Origin: a virus
Taxonomy: Duplodnaviria > Caudoviricetes
DNA length: 64,000 nucleotides
Strand: one strand, 5' to 3'
IMG/VR virus record: IMGVR_UViG_3300047160_002980
Coordinates: 5,918-69,917 of that record
How positions within the stretch are numbered: position 1 is the first letter of the stretch; every line of letters starts with the position of its first letter. Below, piece after piece: positions 7,618 to 15,897 of this stretch. The notes beneath the pieces were generated by a model. The model searched no databases, had not been told where the DNA came from, and saw only the letters and a list, made by a program, of their open reading frames with translations. Position numbers and translations under genes: made by a program.

Positions 7618-8087
7618 CGCGGATAGACACTCTTGCCGCCGTCAAAGGCTTGCACGGCTTTGCCCAGGCGCATCCGGCAGTCCTCCAGGTGTCTGAAGGC
7701 AAGGACCACGTTGGCGACCATCTCGCCGGTCACGTCAGCCGCCAGCCATTCGGCAAAGACCTCCAGCTGAGCCTGCTTACGCAGCGCCTGCAACATCGAC
7801 TCGGCCTGGATCAGATACTCGCGCGTCCGAAGGCAGAGTTCTTTGAAGTCGGGGTTCGGGTCCGCCTGGGTGACGGTCTCCTCCGGTGTGTCAGCCATGC
7901 GCCTCTCCTTCTCCCTGAAAGCGTTGTAGCCAATCAGGTCCCGCCGCCATTGGTCGGCCTTGGCCCGCGCCTTCTCGTCGTCCCTGGTCCGCAAGCTGAA
8001 GTGACATAATTGACCGTCGCGAGCATACTCCAGTTGCCAGATACCCCGGGCGGTTTGGTAGAGACGATTGAAGGCGACGTCACCCAC
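7614..8087 (-). CDS. two-part protein: integrase-arm-like N-terminal segment plus helical hairpin (internal start at 7898)
   Basis: AGGAG before GTG 8087; strong GGAGAAGGAG RBS before ATG 7898; SLRTRD motif; LAFRHLEDCRMRLGKA helix. Confidence 0.6.
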   Translation of the reverse strand: MGDVAFNRLYQTARGIWQLEYARDGQLCHFSLRTRDDEKARAKADQWRRDLIGYNAFREKERRMADTPEETVTQADPNPDFKELCLRTREYLIQAESMLQALRKQAQLEVFAEWLAADVTGEMVANVVLAFRHLEDCRMRLGKAVQAFDGGKSVYPR

Positions 8088-8122
8088 GTCCGCTACTCCT
8101 GTGCGTGCCGACGGCGAAGGTC

Positions 8123-8335
8123 TCAAGCGGCAGGCGTTTTGGCATCACCGGGACTCCGGCCATTGGCGGGCTGCTCCTGGTCGCCCTCACAGCAATGGGC
8201 GAAGCCACAGCCGCCGCAGTCGGGGCAGGGCTGATAGACCGAGACGCGCCGTACCGGATCGCCGGGCATGACGCCGGTCGCCGGCAGGCTGTCGCGCAGC
8301 ACTTCGCCCTTGCCGTGACAGGTCTCGCAGATCAT
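8123..8335 (-). CDS. DnaJ-type CxxCxGxG zinc-finger small protein
   Basis: CETCHGKG and CPDCGGCG motifs. Confidence 0.65.
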   Translation of the reverse strand: MICETCHGKGEVLRDSLPATGVMPGDPVRRVSVYQPCPDCGGCGFAHCCEGDQEQPANGRSPGDAKTPAA

Positions 8336-8362
8336 CGGTCCAGCCTCTCGCGCAGTTGTCTA

Positions 8363-9217
8363 TCATTGGCCCATCTCCCACGGCAGAACCAGAGCCTCGG
8401 GATCGAGGTCCTGGGCAACCCGGTACGTCGTTCCCCCCATTGCGATATGGTCGGACGCAATCCCGGTGATCGTCTTGCCATTGAGCATCCACAGCGCGCC
8501 CATGCGGTCGAGCCGCTGCCAGGGCCTTTGGCGGTCCAGGGCGAACAGCGTGTAATCGTCCCAGCCGACGTCCAGCGCGACCTCGGCCCAGGACCACTGC
8601 GCCGGATCAGGTGAGCGCATAAACCCGGAAACGTCGCGCAGGAACTGCCGCCAGCGCGCCACCGGGATCGTCGGGTGCGGAGCCTTGTGGTGATCCATCG
8701 CGCGGAATAACTCCCGCCATTTTTCGACCCGGCTCGGTTTCGTCAGCACGATGGCACCTCCCGCCGTCGGCTCAAAAACAACGTAATCTATCGGGCAAGA
8801 ATAATTGCGCTCTACGTTCCCGGTGTTCTTGGCTAACACTTCGACAGTATACCAGTAATCTTTAGTGCTGCGCGGAATAGTGGCGACGTGACTGTAATCC
8901 TTGCTGACCACCATGTAGGCCGTGACCTCGTCCCCCGCGCGCTCCACCGCCGCCACGTTGGAGACGAACATGTCGCGGTAGGGCCAGTCGGCGCGGGACG
9001 TAAAGTCGATGTCCCGGTGCTTGATCTCGATGCGCTCGCCATCGACGATCAGGTCGCCGTCGTCGAGATACTGGTCAGCCTCTGCGGCTGTCGGCGCGAA
9101 CCGCGTCTTCGGGATTTCGACCGTGTGTCCCTTGGCGTGCTGCATCTGGGCGATGACGAACACGGCGCGCGAGGAGTTTTTGAGACGTTCCAGAAACCGG
9201 TCGTGCTGCCCGCTCAT
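8363..9217 (-). CDS. PD-(D/E)XK nuclease-like domain fused to a WRQFLRD…GWDDYTLF…GALW domain
   Basis: DDGDL…RIEIKH motif; C-terminal pattern typical of primase-adjacent alphaproteobacterial proteins. Confidence 0.6.
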   Translation of the reverse strand: MSGQHDRFLERLKNSSRAVFVIAQMQHAKGHTVEIPKTRFAPTAAEADQYLDDGDLIVDGERIEIKHRDIDFTSRADWPYRDMFVSNVAAVERAGDEVTAYMVVSKDYSHVATIPRSTKDYWYTVEVLAKNTGNVERNYSCPIDYVVFEPTAGGAIVLTKPSRVEKWRELFRAMDHHKAPHPTIPVARWRQFLRDVSGFMRSPDPAQWSWAEVALDVGWDDYTLFALDRQRPWQRLDRMGALWMLNGKTITGIASDHIAMGGTTYRVAQDLDPEALVLPWEMGQ

Positions 9218-9528
9218 ACCGGGATCGCCCGCTCGCGGAACAGTTTGAGATGGAGACCGCTCCTCGGCTTGCGGTGCCGGCCATCCTTGATCCGCCCGAC
9301 CGTATTCACGCTGAGCATGGTCCGGTTGAGGATATCAAGAAACTTGTCGTGCCGCTTCGGATCGTCCGGGTCGATCCCGCAAAACAGGACGCGCTGGCGT
9401 TCCCCCGAGGACAGGATCAGCATAACCGTCAGATCGCTGCCCTCATCCTTGCCGTAGACCTCCTCCATCAGGTCGCCGATACGGCGCAATAATTCGGAGG
9501 AGTTTTTCTCGTCCCAAACGTCGGCCAT
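9214..9528 (-). CDS. hypothetical protein (104 aa)
   Basis: GGGAG RBS before ATG 9528; ATGA overlap. Confidence 0.6.
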   Translation of the reverse strand: MADVWDEKNSSELLRRIGDLMEEVYGKDEGSDLTVMLILSSGERQRVLFCGIDPDDPKRHDKFLDILNRTMLSVNTVGRIKDGRHRKPRSGLHLKLFRERAIPV

Positions 9529-9588
9529 CGAATTCTCCCTGCGGACCCCCATAATACCACCGCGCCCTAAAACCCCCGACCCCAAAAA

Positions 9589-9903
9589 TTATACGGGAGT
9601 TTTGAGCCGGCCCCGCGCCACCCGCAGGGTCTCCTCCCAGGCCGGCGCAGGCTGACCGGCGAGACCGCAATAACCCCGGCGCTCCTCCTTCGCGCTGTGC
9701 GGCTCGTCGTAGTCGAGCCAGCGCCACGCCATGCACCCGGACGCGAGGCAGCGGGTCCAGGGCGCGTCGTCCCAGGTCCGATTAACCGACGGGTTCAATT
9801 GGGTCGCCGTCGCTGCTGCTGAATGTGGCGGCAGCGGTGTTCGCGGCGTTCGACGCCCCTGCGGACACCACGCCTTCCTCGCCTCGGCTTCGGTGACGAT
9901 CAT
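9589..9903 (-). CDS. conserved phage Cys protein (WCP…RCLASGCMAWRW…GYCGLAG)
   Basis: GGAGGAGGAG RBS; recurrent alphaproteobacterial phage motif as recalled. Confidence 0.75.
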   Translation of the reverse strand: MIVTEAEARKAWCPQGRRTPRTPLPPHSAAATATQLNPSVNRTWDDAPWTRCLASGCMAWRWLDYDEPHSAKEERRGYCGLAGQPAPAWEETLRVARGRLKTPV

Positions 9904-10225
9904 GGCTTGCTCCTCCTCCACCACGCCTCTAGCTCCTCGACGCACCCTGGACAGAGATGCGCGTGTTCGCGGCGCGGTCTCAAACGCCGGGACAAAATCC
10001 CCTGTGACCCGACGTGATCCCAGGGACGATGTCGTCGCTTTAGTGGTCATCGGCTCCTCCTCTGATCGCCCTAATTTTACCACCGATCGCGAAAATCGCA
10101 CCTTAAACGTTTAGGGTCCGAGGTCCCTGGCGAGGCTGGGGTGGGTCCCGCCCCAACAGGGCGGGGGGACCCCATGCGGGCGTGACCGCAGGGAACGCCG
10201 CCAGGGGACCGAGGGTGGCACACCC

Positions 10226-10251
10226 CCAAATATATATATATATATATTTGG
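10226..10251. repeat. perfect 26-bp palindrome CCAAA(TA)8TTTGG, candidate replication origin
   Basis: Read directly; extreme AT run in a GC-rich genome, 83 bp downstream of the primase stop. Confidence 0.75.
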
Positions 10252-10333
10252 TATATAAGAACCTCCGGTTGAATGAATGATCCATATGAGGGAAACGACC
10301 ATTTCTCGACCTCCTGGCACACCAACCAATAGG

Positions 10334-12328
10334 TTAAACAGCATTGGCAATTTCTGTCGCCTTGCGCTCGTCAAGCACGACACCCTGGACCTCGTGGTTA
10401 TTGCGTTTTTTGCTCCGGTAAGGGGCGATGACCAGGACCCCGGATTTGACCCAATCACGGACCAGCCGTCTCGCCTCGCCCTTCTCCTTGTTCCCCGCCT
10501 TGCAGATCGGCCACCCCACCCAGTCGTTGGACCGGATGTCGATCAGCCACTTCTCGTCCGGCCCAGGGCCGGTACGGATCGCCGCAAAAATCTTTCCCCA
10601 TAACTCAGCCGTCATCTCGGCGTAGGGGTCCGGCGGGTACCACCGTCTGACCGCCTGGACATTGTCGCCGTGCGGATAGGTCTCGCTACTGTTGCCAATC
10701 GGGACGCCAATCAGTTCAAACCACGCCTCCGGCTCCTCTGGCGTGATGTTCACCTTGCCGTCGTCAAGCCGGACCAGGGTCTTCTGCTGTCGCTTCTCAA
10801 CCCCGAGATCGTCCGCCTCCTTGTCGGTCATCTTGGTCAGCGTCTTTAGCAGCCGCGACGCATTGACCAGGGCCGAAGCGCCGCGCACCCGGTCAGCATC
10901 CCCCGCCGAACCGGCCCCCTTGCGGTCGTGGCTGACATAATCGGCGGCGCAGCCGCAAGCATGGGCGACCCCGAGAAACTGCTGCGCGACCTGATCCATT
11001 TGCCCGTTGTCGTTCTCGTTCGCCGCGTGCGATTTGACAATCGGATCAATCGACACCAGACCGATCCCCAGCGCCCGGATACGCTCGGCCAGGGCCTCAG
11101 CCAAACCACCGGTTTCAACCTCGCCATATTTGACGACCTCCAGAAACCGCAGACCCGAGGGCGTCCAGGTGTGGAGCCAACCATTAAGCTCGCCCGGCGT
11201 GATCCGATGGGCGTCGCACGCCGCCTTGACCCGGCGCTTTAGCTCGTTCTCGTCGTCCTCCAGACACACCAGGAGGACCCTGGTTCGCTTCCAGCAATGC
11301 TCCTGGGTCAGCGGACGCCCCAGCGCCAGGGCAATCAGCTGGGTCAGCCGCAACGCGGTCTTGCCCGTCCCGCCCGCCCCGGTCAGCCCGCTCAGATAAC
11401 CGATGCAAAAATTGGTCCCCAATAACCAGCCGCGCGGCGGTATGGCGTCGAGATCATCCCAGGTCGATTTGATCTCCGGCTGCCCCGCGTCGCGGCCCCC
11501 GACCGGGTCCACGCCATCGACGATATCATCAAACTCCGACTGACCCATCCCCTGGTCCATCGCGTCGTAGATATCGCCTTTGTCGGGCAGCCCCGGTATC
11601 TCGACGATCTTGATCCACTTCGCCACACCGCCGAGCGCCGCCGCCACCTGCCGGGCGTGGGCCAGACCGGGATGGAGCGGGTCGCTCGCGTCGTTGTCCG
11701 GCAAAATCACGATTTCCTTGCCGGCAAACCATCTTGAGTAGGACGGATGCCACTTATTCGCCCCGCCCGGACTACAGGTCGCGCAGACCCCCCAATCGGC
11801 GACCATCCGGTTCGCCGCCTTCTCCCCCTCGACGATATAAACCCGAGTCGCGGCAATGACCTCCGGGAGCCGGTACGGCACCCGCTCGACCCCCTTCAAA
11901 TTCCATATCCACCCGCCGTTGCCATCCGGCCGGCGCGGGCGGAATGTCTTTGGTTCAAACCGCACGACCTGAAAAATCAACACCCCTTTGTCGGAATTAT
12001 AGGGATAAATCGCGGTAATTTTTGCTCTGGTCGTCCCCGAATTATTGCCCTTGTCCTCGACCAGCTTGTGGGTTTTTAGCCAGTCCCACGCCGCTTGCCC
12101 CTTGAGTTCCGCGTAAATCTCCAGGAAGTCCAGGACCCCGCCCTTCAGGTCTAACTCAAAGGAAATCCACGTCCCTTGGTTCGGTCCCGCCACATTGACC
12201 TTGAGCGACCCGTTGCTGCCGTAGCGCCACTCCTCCTTGTTGGACAGCTTCCAGTTTGGCTCGCCCAGCACGAGGCGGGCGATCTCGGCCATCTTGTCGG
12301 CGGGTTCAAAGCGGGAATTGTCGGCCAT
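10334..12328 (-). CDS. DNA primase-helicase (TOPRIM + AAA_25/RepA-like helicase)
   Basis: VYIVEGEKAA and ILPDND TOPRIM motifs; GAGGTGKT Walker A; VSIDP Walker B. Confidence 0.92.
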   Translation of the reverse strand: MADNSRFEPADKMAEIARLVLGEPNWKLSNKEEWRYGSNGSLKVNVAGPNQGTWISFELDLKGGVLDFLEIYAELKGQAAWDWLKTHKLVEDKGNNSGTTRAKITAIYPYNSDKGVLIFQVVRFEPKTFRPRRPDGNGGWIWNLKGVERVPYRLPEVIAATRVYIVEGEKAANRMVADWGVCATCSPGGANKWHPSYSRWFAGKEIVILPDNDASDPLHPGLAHARQVAAALGGVAKWIKIVEIPGLPDKGDIYDAMDQGMGQSEFDDIVDGVDPVGGRDAGQPEIKSTWDDLDAIPPRGWLLGTNFCIGYLSGLTGAGGTGKTALRLTQLIALALGRPLTQEHCWKRTRVLLVCLEDDENELKRRVKAACDAHRITPGELNGWLHTWTPSGLRFLEVVKYGEVETGGLAEALAERIRALGIGLVSIDPIVKSHAANENDNGQMDQVAQQFLGVAHACGCAADYVSHDRKGAGSAGDADRVRGASALVNASRLLKTLTKMTDKEADDLGVEKRQQKTLVRLDDGKVNITPEEPEAWFELIGVPIGNSSETYPHGDNVQAVRRWYPPDPYAEMTAELWGKIFAAIRTGPGPDEKWLIDIRSNDWVGWPICKAGNKEKGEARRLVRDWVKSGVLVIAPYRSKKRNNHEVQGVVLDERKATEIANAV

Positions 12329-12669
12329 AATTCCTCCAATTATTGGTATGGGGTTCTAAAAACCCGCCAATTTTTGGAGGACCGTCGCGGTATTGTCGCA
12401 AGCGTCACCGCATCGCAACAAAAATTCGCTTGCCAACGCGCCTGGAATTGTGACACTCAACATCTTGTCAGGACTGAGTGCCGGACCCCCAAACCGTACC
12501 CCCAAGCGGGATTAGGCTGGTTCCGGGCGCGCGGCGGTCCCGTCCTCCCAGGGGCGGGGCCGTTTGCGTTTTGGGTCAGGATTTCTTCATCATCGCACCC
12601 CCAAGCGCGAAGGTCAGGCAGGTAAGTCGGCTACGTTATGCCGTTGCCACCGACCCCGACAAGGGCGTT

Positions 12670-13098
12670 CTAAAAATGATAGGCCCGCAACGGGATACCC
12701 CACTCGCGCAGACACCACAGCATCTCCTTGACCCCTTCGACCAGGGTAATTTTCATCCCAGCGGCGACCAGCCTGGGGAACATCTCGTCCTGGCCGACGA
12801 GGACCCGAGGGCTACCCCGCTTGGTGTGGACGATGCGGGTCTTCGACAGGCTCATACCGGGCCGTTTGATTTCCAATCCGTAAATCGAACCAGCGTAAAC
12901 CACGAGGAAATCCGGCCATCCGCGCGCCAGTCCCGAGCGCGATAGCCGCGCCGCCTGGGCCGGGTTCAGCTGGACGTGACCCGCCGGGAAACAGGTCCAC
13001 TCAGCCGGCTTCAGGACAAAGTGATGCAGCGCCTTGGCGCAGGATTCATGGATGTCCTGCTCCTTCGGCTCCCATGAGGATAATTTGAACGGTGGCAT
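12670..13098 (-). CDS. VRR-NUC family PD-(D/E)XK nuclease
   Basis: GLARGWPDFLV…GLEIKRP motif. Confidence 0.85.
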   Translation of the reverse strand: MPPFKLSSWEPKEQDIHESCAKALHHFVLKPAEWTCFPAGHVQLNPAQAARLSRSGLARGWPDFLVVYAGSIYGLEIKRPGMSLSKTRIVHTKRGSPRVLVGQDEMFPRLVAAGMKITLVEGVKEMLWCLREWGIPLRAYHF

Positions 13099-13149
13099 TT
13101 TCTCTTAGGATCGTGTAGAATAATTGTCCTTCCACGCGCAAGATACGAC

Positions 13150-13623
13150 ATGGCAATCGACCTCACCAAGCTGGCCCGCATTCTGGGAATGTCCGGCAGC
13201 GCCCATGACGGCGAGGCGCTGAACGCCGTCCGCATGGCCGACCGGCTGATCCGCGACAACAAAATGACCTGGGAAGACCTTCTCGCCCCGTCGCACCAGC
13301 TGGAGGTCGCGACCGAAGCGTGCCGTCAGCTGATCGCCGACCTTGAGGAGTTGCGCGCCGAGAACGCCCGGCTACGCGCCAACGGTGTTGGCGCTATCGC
13401 GCCCGAATGGTCCAATGTCGGCGGCGGCAAGACCGACCACCGGGTCACCGCCCACTGGGTGATCCAGCTGGGCGACACGGGCCGGGTCTGGCTCAGCGAT
13501 TTTGAGCGCGACTTTCTCGATACCGCCCTGCGCTGGCGCGGCTCGCTCACGCCCCGCCAGCGACCGGTGTTTGACCGGATCGTCGCCAAGGTCGCCAAGC
13601 AAACCGGACTGCAGCCGCCATGA
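13150..13623 (+). CDS. conserved phage protein (KLARILGMSGSAHDGEALNA…; LSDFERDFL)
   Basis: DUF2786-like N-terminal helix pattern, coiled coil; divergent from the VRR-NUC gene. Confidence 0.7.
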   Translation: MAIDLTKLARILGMSGSAHDGEALNAVRMADRLIRDNKMTWEDLLAPSHQLEVATEACRQLIADLEELRAENARLRANGVGAIAPEWSNVGGGKTDHRVTAHWVIQLGDTGRVWLSDFERDFLDTALRWRGSLTPRQRPVFDRIVAKVAKQTGLQPP

Positions 13624-13625
13624 CC

Positions 13626-13940
13626 TCACCCGCTGATCGCGATTTTTTGCATGGTCCGGTCGGCGCTCCCCGGCGTGGCAAAGATCAGGGTGGTCACCGG
13701 GCCGACCTTGTGATGGTGCCAGCCAATCGTCCCCGCCAGGGTGCAACCCGCCGCCTCGCACCGCTCGATCATCATCATGACGCCATGCGCCGTGTCCTCC
13801 CAGACGTTGACCATAAACGCGCGGTCCTCCTCCATCATCTGGTAGAGGTCCGGGAGGGCGCGGGCGCGATGATCGGCTTCCCAGGTGACGCCCGCGCGCC
13901 AGTCCGGCTCCGCGCCGTTCGGGAGTTTTCGATCCACCAT
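13626..13940 (-). CDS. hypothetical protein (104 aa)
   Basis: GAGG RBS; converges on the 13150 gene. Confidence 0.55.
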   Translation of the reverse strand: MVDRKLPNGAEPDWRAGVTWEADHRARALPDLYQMMEEDRAFMVNVWEDTAHGVMMMIERCEAAGCTLAGTIGWHHHKVGPVTTLIFATPGSADRTMQKIAISG

Positions 13941-13992
13941 TGCAGCCTCAATTCGGTCGCCGGGTGATGGTCATGCGGACCCAGGATAAAAA

Positions 13993-14613
13993 CTACGCGG
14001 CAAGCGGCGGCGGGTCCTCCTCCGGGTGGGAATGCGGGTAATGGGTCTCCTCCTCCGCATCCGCCTCTACCTGACGGCTCCGGGGCCGCGTGTCCTTCGA
14101 CCCCTTCGGGCGTCCGGGCCGGCGACGCGGTGGGGTCAGCCTCTCGGCCAGCTGGCGTTGCCCGTCGATCCACCCGTCGTCCCACATGTTGTAGGCGATG
14201 CGGCCCGGCGTGTGCGGGTTCTCTCCCCGGTCCTGGCCGCGCAACCCGGCCATCTTGCCCTGCCACTGGATCGTCTGCATCTGCGGCTCGGTCAGTTCCT
14301 TCTCGTTGTCCTCGCCAAACATGTCGGCCTGATAACCCAGGGGTTTTCCAGCCCACTCCAGCATCTCACCGAGATGGGCGTAATAATTGCGGACCTCGCT
14401 CGCCGCCTCGCCCGCCAGATAGCGCACCGCGTCGAACGCCTTCAGCGGGAAGCCCTCGTCGGTCAGCCCCTTGCGGATTTTGCGCTTCTCGGCGCGAAGG
14501 TCGGCCATGCGCGCATCGAGATCGTCGAGAGCGTCCATCGCGCGCAGAAAATACCGCTGGCGGTCACTCTCGTTGGGCGGCAACAAATACTCGGTCTCGC
14601 CATTGCTGGTCAT
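13993..14613 (-). CDS. GapR/DUF2312-like DNA-binding domain + RMF-like motif + AT-hook
   Basis: AGGAGG RBS; LDDLDARMADLRAEKRKIRKGLTDEGFPLKAFDAV; GKMAGLRG…NPH…WDDGW; RRPGRPKGSK. Confidence 0.7.
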   Translation of the reverse strand: MTSNGETEYLLPPNESDRQRYFLRAMDALDDLDARMADLRAEKRKIRKGLTDEGFPLKAFDAVRYLAGEAASEVRNYYAHLGEMLEWAGKPLGYQADMFGEDNEKELTEPQMQTIQWQGKMAGLRGQDRGENPHTPGRIAYNMWDDGWIDGQRQLAERLTPPRRRPGRPKGSKDTRPRSRQVEADAEEETHYPHSHPEEDPPPLAA

Positions 14614-14651
14614 CCGGTCCTCCTGAAAATGCGGCGGGATTTTACGCCTCA

Positions 14652-14660
14652 TGCTATAAT
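14652..14660 (+). promoter_or_regulatory. extended -10 promoter TGcTATAAT (probably leaderless transcript)
   Basis: TGnTATAAT ends 7 nt before ATG 14668, with no SD in between. Confidence 0.55.
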
Positions 14661-14667
14661 TGTTCAA

Positions 14668-15069
14668 ATGGCTCGCAAGCCGGCTGACCCTTCCTGGAGA
14701 CTGCGGGGAGCGCGCTTCCTCGACGTCCCCGAGCCGGGTTTTTATCGCACGCGGATGGTGCGCGGCGGTCCCTGGGTCCCCTGCCTGATCTGGGTCGATT
14801 GCCCGTTCGAACTGGAGGACGAGGATAATCTGTGCTGTCCCACTGAGCGCCGCCTGTGCGCCGGCAAACAGCTCTGGAGTTTTCGCGCGTCGATCAACGG
14901 CACCGACGCCGACCCGCTGGAGGTATGGCAAAGGGGCTACAGGATCACGCCGCGCCAGTACCATAAAATGGTCCTGGTGCGCGACAGGGCGCTGCAGCAC
15001 GCGCGACACGAGCCGGAGGCAAACCCAACCAGAGCGGTGGACCTTGCCCGACAACCCAGTCTTTTCTGA
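14668..15069 (+). CDS. conserved phage protein (EPGFYRTRMVRGGPWVP…)
   Basis: Recurrent motif of genes that precede phage recombination modules, as recalled. Confidence 0.7.
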   Translation: MARKPADPSWRLRGARFLDVPEPGFYRTRMVRGGPWVPCLIWVDCPFELEDEDNLCCPTERRLCAGKQLWSFRASINGTDADPLEVWQRGYRITPRQYHKMVLVRDRALQHARHEPEANPTRAVDLARQPSLF

Positions 15070-15087
15070 ACCGATAGGTGTAAAAAA

Positions 15088-15897
15088 ATGAATGCCATGT
15101 CCCCCGGTCTCGGTCACAACCAGCCACCCGACGATCCCGATGACCCCGAATTCTTGACCCGCCTGCAAGCTCGCCTCGATCCCGAGGACAAACAGATTTT
15201 CGACCGGCTCGCCGAGTTGGAGGTCGGCCAGGGCCAGATACCCGACCCGCTGCCCAGCGAGGCGGTCGCCGCGCGTGCGGTCTCCTGGGTCGCGCAGTGC
15301 CGGCTCGCCGAAGCCGAGATAAAAAAGGCGCACAAGAAGAACAAGTCGCCGATCCTGGCGCTGGGCCGCTGGATCGACGCCCGCTATCTGCGCCGGGTCG
15401 AAGCCTTTAACCGCGACGTCGTCAATCCCATCGAGGCGCGGGTCAGGCGCTTCCGGCAGGCCAAGGCCGACGCCCAGCGGATCGCCGAGGAGGAGGCTCG
15501 CCGCAAGGCAGCCCAACAGGCCGAGGAAGCCGCCGCTGCCGCCGCCAATCGTCGGCGAGAGGCACAGCTGGCCGAGGACGCGGGGAACCGCCGTGGGGCC
15601 GTCGCGCTGACCCGGCAGGCCGAGGCCGCGCAGGCGGAAGCCGATAAACAGGACGCCCTGGCGCACATGCCGGACCAGCCGGTGCGGATTGAAGGCGAGC
15701 ATGGCGCAACCGCCTATGCCGTCAAACGCTGGACTTTTTATGTCGCCGACCCCGAGACCCTGCCGGCGCGGTTCTGGATGCCGGACGAGACCGCCATCAA
15801 GGACGAGATGAACCGGCAGATCGCCGAAGGCAAGGACCCCACCATCCCCGGCGTGAGCTTTACGCTGGAGGAAGACACCCGGATCAGGAGATGCTAA
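15088..15897 (+). CDS. Gp157/Gam-like coiled-coil protein of the recombination module
   Basis: GHNQPP N-terminus, long Ala/Glu coiled coil, WTF…IPGV C-terminus; directly upstream of RecT. Confidence 0.65.
   Translation: MNAMSPGLGHNQPPDDPDDPEFLTRLQARLDPEDKQIFDRLAELEVGQGQIPDPLPSEAVAARAVSWVAQCRLAEAEIKKAHKKNKSPILALGRWIDARYLRRVEAFNRDVVNPIEARVRRFRQAKADAQRIAEEEARRKAAQQAEEAAAAAANRRREAQLAEDAGNRRGAVALTRQAEAAQAEADKQDALAHMPDQPVRIEGEHGATAYAVKRWTFYVADPETLPARFWMPDETAIKDEMNRQIAEGKDPTIPGVSFTLEEDTRIRRC

Noticed and set aside
9900-10050. Possible frameshifted small Zn-finger gene (…HLCPGCVEELEAWW…*) upstream of 9903
   Set aside because: The RBS-bearing ATG at 10050 is in a different frame and the HLCPGC frame has no start; evidence is too thin to call
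12329-12670. tRNA or other structured RNA gene in the larger intergenic gaps (also 60097-60374)
   Set aside because: No cloverleaf, T-loop (GTTCRA in context) or CCA end could be traced by eye; a tRNAscan/Infernal run would settle it
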